From positions 1 to 12,403 of the forward strand of contig JBHLPR010000006.1 in assembly GCA_048939245.1 (NCBI GenBank): a stretch of DNA of 12,403 bases. Direction: 5' to 3'. The notes below the pieces were generated by a model, which made no database searches, was not told the origin of the DNA, and saw only the letters and a list, made by a program, of their open reading frames with translations. The translations under genes and the position numbers were made by a program. How positions within the stretch are numbered: position 1 is the first letter of the stretch; each line of letters opens with the position of its first letter. This DNA comes from Promethearchaeota archaeon. Its GTDB lineage: Archaea > Asgardarchaeota > Hermodarchaeia > Hermodarchaeales > Hermodarchaeaceae. Below, one piece after another: positions 1 to 7,284 of this stretch.

Positions 1-540
1 ATTGAGGTGCTTACTATAAAAGAGTCAGAACAGCTGATTCGAGAACGAATAAAACATTTTGGTGGAAAGGGGCTTGCTCCTTTCAATTCCGAAGCCATTG
101 AAGAGATCCATCTCCACACCCGGGGTTATCCACGTAGCATTCTTCGATTTTGTGAAAACATCATATCGATGGCTTTCCAAGAAGATACACCTGCAGGAGA
201 CCGAATAACCCGAGAATTTGTCCAACAAGTCATCAAACAACAACCTAGTCCACCACCTGTAACTACTCTTGTACCCAGCGCTTTAGACGAAACTCGATTT
301 ATTGAATCAAGCCCGGCCGTTGAAGATGAAGAATGGTTTGAAGAATTTGATGAACTCACTGCCACTCAACGCGAGATTATAGCGATTACCAAAGAATTGA
401 AGCGGGTAACCTCTTCCATCGTTGCTGAAGAAATTGGGATTACTAAAGGAACCGCATCAAATGAACTCAAGAAGTTATATGATATGCAAAAGCTTCAACG
501 TCGGAAGAGCTATCGTGGATTTGAATACCTACCACGCTAG
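1..540 (+). CDS. AAA+ ATPase C-terminal part (ExeA/GspA-like lid) with Pro/acidic linker and C-terminal winged helix-turn-helix; 5' truncated by window edge
   Basis: The frame is open from base 1 (ATT GAG GTG...). PFNSEAIEEIHLHTRGYPRSILRFC matches the AAA+ lid/sensor-2 pattern F..EA...I...T.G.PR.I..C. The C-terminal LTATQREII...TSSIVAEEIGITKGTASNELKKL...RGFEY is a wHTH. The Walker motifs lie outside the window. Confidence 0.7.
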   Translation: MEVLTIKESEQLIRERIKHFGGKGLAPFNSEAIEEIHLHTRGYPRSILRFCENIISMAFQEDTPAGDRITREFVQQVIKQQPSPPPVTTLVPSALDETRFIESSPAVEDEEWFEEFDELTATQREIIAITKELKRVTSSIVAEEIGITKGTASNELKKLYDMQKLQRRKSYRGFEYLPR

Positions 541-595
541 TGCTTCTACTCCCTTTACAGATTTTTTGAAGAATCAGCCTGAGATGTTTACAGAC

Positions 596-610
596 ACATA
601 TCTTTAAGTG
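596..610 (+). promoter_or_regulatory. Candidate archaeal TATA box for the Rab-like gene
   Basis: TTTAAG at 603-608, about 50 nt upstream of ATG 661, after a T-tract (562-567) that may terminate the upstream gene. Confidence 0.4.
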
Positions 611-660
611 AAACTTCCACGGAATTAAGATAAGAAAAAACCTGCTGCCGGGACCAGCTC

Positions 661-1209
661 ATGTCACACGATGCTTTTGATTACCTTTTCAAAGTTGTAC
701 TAGTCGGTGACGCTGAAGTCGGCAAAACAAGTCTAACCACTCGCTTCGCTTATGGGACTTTCACTGATGGATACATTTCCACCCTTGGTGTTGATTTTAT
801 AGTAAAATCACTTCCCCTCAATAACTATATCGTCAAGCTCCAAGCTTGGGATACCGCTGGGCAAGAAAGGTATGCCGGGGTTCGTCCAATTTACTATCGA
901 GGTGCGAAGGGAGCCTTGTTAGTCTTTGATATCACAATGCGGCAAAGCTTCGTGAATGTAGATAAATGGTATGATCAAATCCGAAAGTATTCTGGTGCTG
1001 ATGTGCCCATTATCCTGGTCGGGAACAAGATTGATCTTGTTGATTCGCGTGTGGTTTCTACTGATGAGGTTCAGGTTTATGCAGCACAAAAGGGTATGCC
1101 CTTTTTTGAAACCAGCGCAAAAACTGATTATGCCGTCAATGACGTTTTTCACAAACTTGCAGAGCTCATTCTGACTACTGAACTTGCTCGAAAAGGGCCG
1201 CAGGATTAG
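661..1209 (+). CDS. Rab-like small GTPase (Ras superfamily), no C-terminal prenylation motif
   Basis: G1 GDAEVGKT, G2 T41, G3 WDTAGQE, G4 GNKID, G5 ETSAK. Rab family motifs LGVDF, KLQAW, YYRGA and LVFDIT, plus N-terminal DYLFK. Confidence 0.95.
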   Translation: MSHDAFDYLFKVVLVGDAEVGKTSLTTRFAYGTFTDGYISTLGVDFIVKSLPLNNYIVKLQAWDTAGQERYAGVRPIYYRGAKGALLVFDITMRQSFVNVDKWYDQIRKYSGADVPIILVGNKIDLVDSRVVSTDEVQVYAAQKGMPFFETSAKTDYAVNDVFHKLAELILTTELARKGPQD

Positions 1210-1245
1210 CCGGTCCCGCTTGCACAAGAAAGGTTAGGTCGAATA

Positions 1246-2454
1246 GTGATGCGGGAGGATGCCTCCAAGTCTGATATTCAACCTCCAAGTCGATTCTGGG
1301 AGCTCCTCGAACGTTATACAGTCCTGAGTGCAAAATATGATGAAGAATCTCGTAGAATTCAAAAAGAGGCGAATAAACGGCTTATTCAGTATTTTCAAGA
1401 AAAATCTCCTGACTTACAACATCATCTCGTGGATACCCAGGCTTTGATTGAATTCATTGATGAGTTTGTCGACCATTTGTTGATTTACTATACCTATTAT
1501 CGCAGCGTTCGACGGAGCATGGCGACCCTGTTTGCCTCGATTGGAATCACAGATCATCGAATGTTCGCTGAAATGGTCCGAGCAACTAGTGACCCACGCG
1601 TAAAGATACAACTCAACGATCTCGATGTGCAAGGCATTGGTTGGTTCCTTCGCCAGTTTCTGGACGAATACCAAGCCGTGGAACGCCATATCACGAAATT
1701 GGCAGGATATATGCCAAAATTGGAGAAAGCAGTTAAACAGACTTATAGTAAAGGAATGCGCCGTTTCCTTCAAGTGCTTCAGTACGCGACTTCGGTTACT
1801 TCCAGGGATTTACGGCTCGATGGTTATGAAAAGGTGGAAACTGCTATTGCGGAAGACGACTTGAGCCAAAAGGTCAATTCGGTCGTTGAGGCAATCGAGT
1901 ATTTTGTAAAAGACGCTCAAAATCATCCCGCCTTTATTCTCACTGAATCGGTTGGCTACTTTGGTTCAGCGGAACTTGAAGAATTTGACAAGAAAATCAC
2001 TTCCTTCAAACGCGTCCATGAGCTGTTTAAAGAACATGTCAGCCTTGCAACTCGAACTCGCTGGGTCTATCAGCGACATCACGCAACACTCTTTTCCAGC
2101 ATTTTCGAATGCTCGCATTTCGAATTGCTGGAGATTCGAGATAAAATACGGAACGGAGCAGAAATGAAGCAATTCCAGGACCGTATTCGTGATTGTTCTG
2201 GCATGCTCCTAGGAGTATCTCAGGCACATTCTCTCTACCTTGAGTATAGCGCCTATTCCAAACAAATGCTTACCCTGGTCGATGCCTATCGAGAAATTGG
2301 AGATTTCTTACAAAGCGAGTTACTGCGGATATTGTACACTATGGAACTACAACGGAACCACTTGTATCTGGAAGTACGAGATGACTTCCGACAAACGTTA
2401 GATGAATTTCAACAAACACTCCTTGAGGTTTGTTCCCTAAGTCCAACTGAATAG
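1246..2454 (+). CDS. Hypothetical soluble, predominantly alpha-helical protein (402 aa)
   Basis: Long ORF 36 nt downstream of the Rab gene on the same strand. Rich in E/L/R/Q/F with amphipathic helical patterning and few Pro. No TM segment or catalytic motif recognised. Confidence 0.8.
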   Translation: MMREDASKSDIQPPSRFWELLERYTVLSAKYDEESRRIQKEANKRLIQYFQEKSPDLQHHLVDTQALIEFIDEFVDHLLIYYTYYRSVRRSMATLFASIGITDHRMFAEMVRATSDPRVKIQLNDLDVQGIGWFLRQFLDEYQAVERHITKLAGYMPKLEKAVKQTYSKGMRRFLQVLQYATSVTSRDLRLDGYEKVETAIAEDDLSQKVNSVVEAIEYFVKDAQNHPAFILTESVGYFGSAELEEFDKKITSFKRVHELFKEHVSLATRTRWVYQRHHATLFSSIFECSHFELLEIRDKIRNGAEMKQFQDRIRDCSGMLLGVSQAHSLYLEYSAYSKQMLTLVDAYREIGDFLQSELLRILYTMELQRNHLYLEVRDDFRQTLDEFQQTLLEVCSLSPTE

Positions 2455-2516
2455 TAGGTTTTTAATGTCTGGTTCAGGGTCCTTTTATTTTCCCGCTGCT
2501 TCAGATACACTTTGGT

Positions 2517-2531
2517 GAAAAGCTTTTTAGC
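2517..2531 (+). promoter_or_regulatory. Candidate BRE/TATA promoter of the sensor-receiver pair
   Basis: GAAAAGC-TTTTTAG about 42 nt upstream of GTG 2573, preceded by T-rich tracts after the 2454 stop. Confidence 0.45.
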
Positions 2532-2572
2532 TTACACTCCTTCTCTCCTTTCCACTGCGATGGTTCGGAAGC

Positions 2573-4597
2573 GTGGGTGTGGTGTTGGAACAAAAATACA
2601 ATAGCCGCTGGTTCAGAAGCTATGAACAGAAACTCATGGCTATCGCATTTCCCATCGCTCTTCTCTTATCGGTATTGCCTCTAATTGTTGGCTTATTTGT
2701 ACCCCAATTTGCCACGGTTTATCTGATAGGTGCCTACCTTGTGGGATTCCTCGCGGTCTTTGGCATTTGTTTAGTTCTTCTTGGGTTTCATAGCAAAATC
2801 GCCAAACGGCTTGCTCTGACAGTGGCTATCAGCTGTTTATTAGGCGCATTAGCTCACTACTGGTTGCTCATTGAAATTTTCTTTTTAGGCTTTCAAATCA
2901 CCTACCCAAATATCTCTGCATACCTTACTGCAGCAGCTAATGTTGTATTCCTTATCGGATTTGCACTGCTATCAATCGAGCAACGAAGGCAATCAAAGCG
3001 ACAAATTGCCGGCTATATTTTGATTACGTTATTTTTTGTTATATGCATTCTTTCAACCTATCAGATGAACCTTACTTACAACCCACCAATATTGCCAGCC
3101 ATCGGGACGGGAGTACGGGTACTCTTAGGTTTTTTCACCGCAATCTTTGCTTGGGCGTTCTACTTCAATCAAGATCCACCACTTGACGTCATTGGGCGGC
3201 CTAGTCGGCTCCTTCTAATGTTCGCCAGCATATTTCTCATTCTTGGCTACACAGTGTTTGCCTTCCAATATGCCCCTGGATGGCCAACAGTTTCAACATT
3301 CTATTATGCTGGGTCCATCTCTGATACTCTCACACTTTTTGCCATCTTTGTTTTTCTTATTGCCATAATGGTTCTTTTTACTGAGACACTTGAAAACATG
3401 GCTACAATTCGCCCTCTTTCAGTGAAATATCAGGTCCCCACTCGGGTTTTGCTTATAATTTCCTTTTTGGTGGGTACGACCCTAACTGTCACTATCTCTA
3501 TTACCCTAATTGGACGTGTCCTTCGAATATATCTTAATCCCATTGATGCACTGGTCGCATTGCAGACCATTGGTGTCGGTCTGCTGATGGGGTTCGGATT
3601 GATAATTCTCATATTTAGTGCCATTGGGTATCTGCTCTCTCGGTGGTTATATCGTCCATTAGAGCAGCTTGAACATGAAGCTATGGCCGTAACCGAACCC
3701 GGTATTATCTCCTATACAGAACCTCCTGGATTGGTATTCACGGAACTCCAAGGCGTTTCCGACAGCTTTACCGAGGTGCTAAACGAATTAGGAAGAGTTC
3801 GAGCTGAGCTGCGTCGGTTCACCATTACTCAACGCCAGCTTCGGGTTCCTTCAACCTCCCAATTAAGCAGGTTGGACTATTATCTAGCAATTCTAAACAA
3901 TACGATAACCAATCGGCTTCAAACCATCATGAATTTCATAGAACTTGGACGGGCAACTTCGAACCAAGAAGAACAGACCCAACTTCTTGATCTAATCCAA
4001 ACTGAAATCAACGAGATTCATTACTTGCTAAAAAGCATTCAACTTCTACGGCTCATCGATACCCAGGCATTACCCGAGTTCCACCGGTTTGATTTGGTTC
4101 CAATGCTGACCAATCTTATCCAAAAACTCCAAGAAGCCATTCCCGATTCCAGAAACCAAATTTCCTTATCTTTCCCTGAAAAAAAGGCCTTGGTGTTTGC
4201 TAATGAATATGTAATGCAGATTTTTCAATCATTATTCCGGTTGGTTTTAGAACGTGATATGGGTGGTCCTGTAACCATTGAAGTCAAGCTATCAACAACT
4301 AAGGAATTAGGTGTTGATTACTGGCAAATCGACATATTCCATTCCAAATGGATACTTTCTGACATTGAAAGGGTTCTCTTATTTCGATCGGACCCCGAAC
4401 AACCACAAAAAGCCAATCCCAATCTCCTTCTGGTTCCAGCTCTGGTTGAATATTTCCGTGGAAAATTCCATGTGAAAAATATCGTGATTGATGACCCACA
4501 ATATGGTACTGTCCTTCAAGTTTTATTACCGCACGCAGACAGTCGCAAACCCCAACCTCAGGAAGAAGAACCAGACTTAGGGAGTGGAGCTGAGTGA
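2573..4597 (+). CDS. Multi-pass membrane sensor with HAMP and degenerate HisKA/HATPase domains (histidine pseudokinase)
   Basis: About 10 hydrophobic segments in aa ~20-357. HAMP: RPLEQLEHEAMAV...TELQGVSDSFTEVLNEL. DHp-like: YYLAILNNTITNRLQTIMNFIEL. The C-terminus LVPALVEYFRGKFHVKN...DDPQYGTVLQVLLP matches the end of archaeal HATPase_c domains. Catalytic boxes are altered. Start codon uncertain. Confidence 0.8.
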   Translation: MGVVLEQKYNSRWFRSYEQKLMAIAFPIALLLSVLPLIVGLFVPQFATVYLIGAYLVGFLAVFGICLVLLGFHSKIAKRLALTVAISCLLGALAHYWLLIEIFFLGFQITYPNISAYLTAAANVVFLIGFALLSIEQRRQSKRQIAGYILITLFFVICILSTYQMNLTYNPPILPAIGTGVRVLLGFFTAIFAWAFYFNQDPPLDVIGRPSRLLLMFASIFLILGYTVFAFQYAPGWPTVSTFYYAGSISDTLTLFAIFVFLIAIMVLFTETLENMATIRPLSVKYQVPTRVLLIISFLVGTTLTVTISITLIGRVLRIYLNPIDALVALQTIGVGLLMGFGLIILIFSAIGYLLSRWLYRPLEQLEHEAMAVTEPGIISYTEPPGLVFTELQGVSDSFTEVLNELGRVRAELRRFTITQRQLRVPSTSQLSRLDYYLAILNNTITNRLQTIMNFIELGRATSNQEEQTQLLDLIQTEINEIHYLLKSIQLLRLIDTQALPEFHRFDLVPMLTNLIQKLQEAIPDSRNQISLSFPEKKALVFANEYVMQIFQSLFRLVLERDMGGPVTIEVKLSTTKELGVDYWQIDIFHSKWILSDIERVLLFRSDPEQPQKANPNLLLVPALVEYFRGKFHVKNIVIDDPQYGTVLQVLLPHADSRKPQPQEEEPDLGSGAE

Positions 4598-4965
4598 CAA
4601 CTGCAGTCATGGTGATTTCTCCACAGAATTCTCTTCGTACTTCTGTCGAACAGTTAATCGAACAAGGACACTATCTTGTATGTCCGGGCGTCGATAATCT
4701 TGGAGGATTTCGCCACGCTTTGAATGCAACGGAAACAACACCAAATGTCATTATTGTGGATTATTGGCTCAGTCGTTCACAAACTATCGATTTCATCCGG
4801 GGTTTGAAAAATCAGGGCTTTGCGGTTATTCTCATGGGAACCAGTTTCTTGGGTAAAGATGTGGCAACGCAGGAAAAGGTAGAATTCATCGAGAAACCAT
4901 TTACACAAAATGAGCTACTCAAAGCGATTACTAGGGTGAATAAGGGAACCACCACTAAACCGTGA
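4594..4965 (+). CDS. Stand-alone atypical response-regulator receiver (REC) protein
   Basis: PNVIIVDYWL (D56), VILMG and FIEKPF (K101) fit the REC fold. The start GTG overlaps the upstream TGA (GTGA), with GGAG just upstream. Confidence 0.85.
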   Translation: MTTAVMVISPQNSLRTSVEQLIEQGHYLVCPGVDNLGGFRHALNATETTPNVIIVDYWLSRSQTIDFIRGLKNQGFAVILMGTSFLGKDVATQEKVEFIEKPFTQNELLKAITRVNKGTTTKP

Positions 4966-5797
4966 TAAGTTTTCGGACACCTGACTCTGAAACGTACAAA
5001 GCTTTACCTGAAATCGGTCCACGATACTCTCGGCAGGAAAAAAGACTCATGATCTTACCGTTAAAAAATTCATGAAATCCTTGTGGAAATACTTCATGCG
5101 ACCGCACAATGAGTTCCAACGAATTTTGAGTCATGAACTCCTCGGTAATATCTTGTCCAAAAGTTCTAATTCGGCTTCCCCGCATCGACGGTCCAAAACC
5201 TTTCAGTGTTTCCCGTGGATCATTCCACAATAATTGAAATGTGACAGGATGTTGGGGTTCGATTTCACGGGGCAGCTTATCAATCTCCTCTACACGACTA
5301 AGACTCTCAGAGATGCCACCATGTACTGCAAAGATTTTTTGTCTTTGACTAATCGCAGCTATCGGCAGATGTGCAAATGTTTCCCAGTACTGTTCAATGA
5401 TATTTCCTAATGCGTTTTGAACCGTGTCATAAAATCCATAAGAGCGATTAATGCTTGGGGTCTCATGGTTTCCGCGGAGAAGCATTACTCGATTGGGTGC
5501 TTGGATTTTCAACGTAAACAGCAAATTCATGTTTTCAATCTGATGAGGACCTCGGTCCACATAATCGCCTAAAAATACAAAGACAGCATGACTATCCCAA
5601 TACCGCATCAAAAGACGTTTTGTTGCATCCCAATCACCATGGGTATCGCCAACGAAAATCAACGGTTTATCCAGTAACTTCAGTAATCGTGGTTCCTGTT
5701 GTAGCAGGGGCAGGACACCTTCTAGAAGCTGCAGAACATCTTCTCTGAGATACTGTTCAACCCTAGCGACTACTTCAGTGATCATGGGGGGCAACAA
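4955..5797 (-). CDS. Ser/Thr protein phosphatase, PPP family (PP1/PP2A-like)
   Basis: GDTHG, GDYVDRG, LRGNHE, VHGG, LLWNDP, FG, RSHE, GF..F and SLFS motifs in canonical order. An alternative start is ATG at 5785. Confidence 0.93.
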   Translation of the reverse strand: MLPPMITEVVARVEQYLREDVLQLLEGVLPLLQQEPRLLKLLDKPLIFVGDTHGDWDATKRLLMRYWDSHAVFVFLGDYVDRGPHQIENMNLLFTLKIQAPNRVMLLRGNHETPSINRSYGFYDTVQNALGNIIEQYWETFAHLPIAAISQRQKIFAVHGGISESLSRVEEIDKLPREIEPQHPVTFQLLWNDPRETLKGFGPSMRGSRIRTFGQDITEEFMTQNSLELIVRSHEVFPQGFHEFFNGKIMSLFSCREYRGPISGKALYVSESGVRKLITV

Positions 5798-5856
5798 TCC
5801 TGCTCTTATTCAAAATGCTCTCCGTTAAATATGTTGCAACTCAATGAAACGGGATT

Positions 5857-6795
5857 CTAATCTGCTAAAATCTGAGTTCCCGCTTCACCCCGAATCGCTC
5901 GTGCAATATTTTCAGGTGAAGTGATGATCGCTAGCTCCCCACCCTCCTCAAGAAATTGGATGACTGATTCGATTTTCGGAGCCATGGATCCAGGGGCAAA
6001 GTGGCCTTCTTTGAGATATTGTTTCGCTTCCTTAGCTGTCATCCTATCAATACCCTTTTGGTTTGCCTTTCCAAAGTTCAAATAGACCTTATCAATTGAC
6101 GTTGAGATAAGGAACCCCTTTGCACCCAACGCTTTACAAAGCAGAGCAGATGCCCGGTCCTTATCAATCACCGCTGCTACGCCTTTTAGTTTCTGATTCT
6201 CTTCCACAACCGGGATCCCTCCACCGCCCACTGTAATTACAATGAATCCATCGTTCAGTAAATTGTCAACAGCTTGGGCTTCAATGACTTTTTTCGGAAT
6301 GGGTGAAGGAACCACACGTCGCCATCCACGTCCCGCATCCTCAACGATATGCCAGCCTTCCTTACCCCTTCGGTTAGCAGTCTCCTCATCCATGAAAGAA
6401 CCAATGGGCTTGTTAGGGTGGGTAAAAGCTGAATCATTCTGATCAACCAGGACTTGTGTAACTACGGTAACTGGCAACTTGTTGATTTTCCGGCGACGAA
6501 GCTCAGTTAAAAGGATTTGCTGGAGCATATACCCAATTGCACCTTGTGTATCTGCCCCACAAAAATCAAGAGGTACCTCATGCAATTCACCAGCAGCTAA
6601 CTCAGAGCGTCGTAAAATGAACCCCACTTGGGGACCGTTACCATGCGTGATAGCAACATCCCACCCCTCTTCCACTAGATCTACAATGTGGGGTACTGTT
6701 TGTGCAGCGGCAGCATATTGGTCTGGCACAGTTTTGTGCGCTGCATCTTTGATTAGGGAGTTGCCTCCAATGGCAACAACGATTCGTTTAGCCAT
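5857..6795 (-). CDS. arcC: Carbamate kinase
   Basis: VVAIGGNSL, ITHGNGPQVG, GADTQGAIGY, TQVLVD...KPIG, EDAGRGWRRVVPSP, GGGGIPV, AVIDKD, GHFAPGSMAPK. Confidence 0.96.
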   Translation of the reverse strand: MAKRIVVAIGGNSLIKDAAHKTVPDQYAAAAQTVPHIVDLVEEGWDVAITHGNGPQVGFILRRSELAAGELHEVPLDFCGADTQGAIGYMLQQILLTELRRRKINKLPVTVVTQVLVDQNDSAFTHPNKPIGSFMDEETANRRGKEGWHIVEDAGRGWRRVVPSPIPKKVIEAQAVDNLLNDGFIVITVGGGGIPVVEENQKLKGVAAVIDKDRASALLCKALGAKGFLISTSIDKVYLNFGKANQKGIDRMTAKEAKQYLKEGHFAPGSMAPKIESVIQFLEEGGELAIITSPENIARAIRGEAGTQILAD

Positions 6796-6851
6796 GTTAA
6801 GAACATCCTTGGTTCAGTTTCACAAGAGGACTTATCTCACAACCCACCTTG

Positions 6852-6866
6852 ATATAAAAGCTTCCC
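6852..6866 (-). promoter_or_regulatory. BRE/TATA promoter of arcC
   Basis: The minus strand reads GGGAAGC-TTTTATAT about 56 nt upstream of ATG 6795, with an AGGATG SD-like motif before the start. Confidence 0.55.
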
Positions 6867-7027
6867 AACAGAAAACTGTCAAAGGCAGGACTGGTCTGAC
6901 TGGATAAACACTTAGCCTGTTGTTCAAACAATCTCTCGTTATTCCTCTGCTATGAACAGTAAAAATGCTACGATTCATGCTTCAAGGGCTTCTTTTCTTC
7001 CAGCTTAGCTTTCCTTCAATTCATTCA

Positions 7028-7162
7028 TCAAGGTTTTTTTGTGCATTGCACCTTACAACAGCAGTCTGTATTGGGGGTATGCTCTTCACAAAACCAGTAT
7101 TCCAATACTCTATTAACTCCAGGTTTGTTGCATACTTCACACGATTCACTTTTTTGGGGCAT
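7028..7162 (-). CDS. 44-aa Cys-rich putative zinc/metal-binding microprotein (absent from ORF track)
   Basis: Manual translation gives MPQKSESCEVCNKPGVNRVLEYWFCEEHTPNTDCCCKVQCTKKP*, with a CxxC...CxxH pattern, tandem TGA TGA stops and a TATA box at leaderless spacing. Confidence 0.7.
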   Translation of the reverse strand: MPQKSESCEVCNKPGVNRVLEYWFCEEHTPNTDCCCKVQCTKKP

Positions 7163-7185
7163 AGCTGAAAAACCACATTTTTTCG

Positions 7186-7200
7186 ATAATAAACCTTTCC
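7186..7200 (-). promoter_or_regulatory. BRE/TATA promoter of the Cys-rich microprotein
   Basis: The minus strand reads GGAAAGG-TTTATTAT, ending 23 nt before ATG 7162, which is typical of a leaderless archaeal transcript. Confidence 0.6.
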
Positions 7201-7284
7201 ATCTAGCTGGTTGTCAGTTCTTAATCATCCAAGTCTATTTTTGTGAGTAAACACTTATGCTCACTAACAGATTATGGAATACTT

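Noticed and set aside
1-540. Cdc6/Orc1 assignment for the AAA+-wHTH fragment
   Set aside because: The lid reads GYPR rather than the Cdc6-type GDAR, and the ATPase core is outside the window.
661-1209. Eukaryotic contamination as the source of the Rab and PPP genes
   Set aside because: There are no introns, spacing is operon-like, archaeal promoters and prokaryotic neighbours are present, and the Rab has no prenylation motif.
6479-6907. 142-aa plus-strand ORF and other shadow ORFs (e.g. 7719-8219, 1414-1773, 4299-4610, 11549-11800)
   Set aside because: They are antisense or alternate-frame shadows of confidently assigned genes, with no independent motifs.
6965-7250. Plus-strand ORFs 6965-7168 and 7041-7250
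   Set aside because: They have no recognisable motifs and are antisense to the better-supported Cys-rich ORF 7028-7162.
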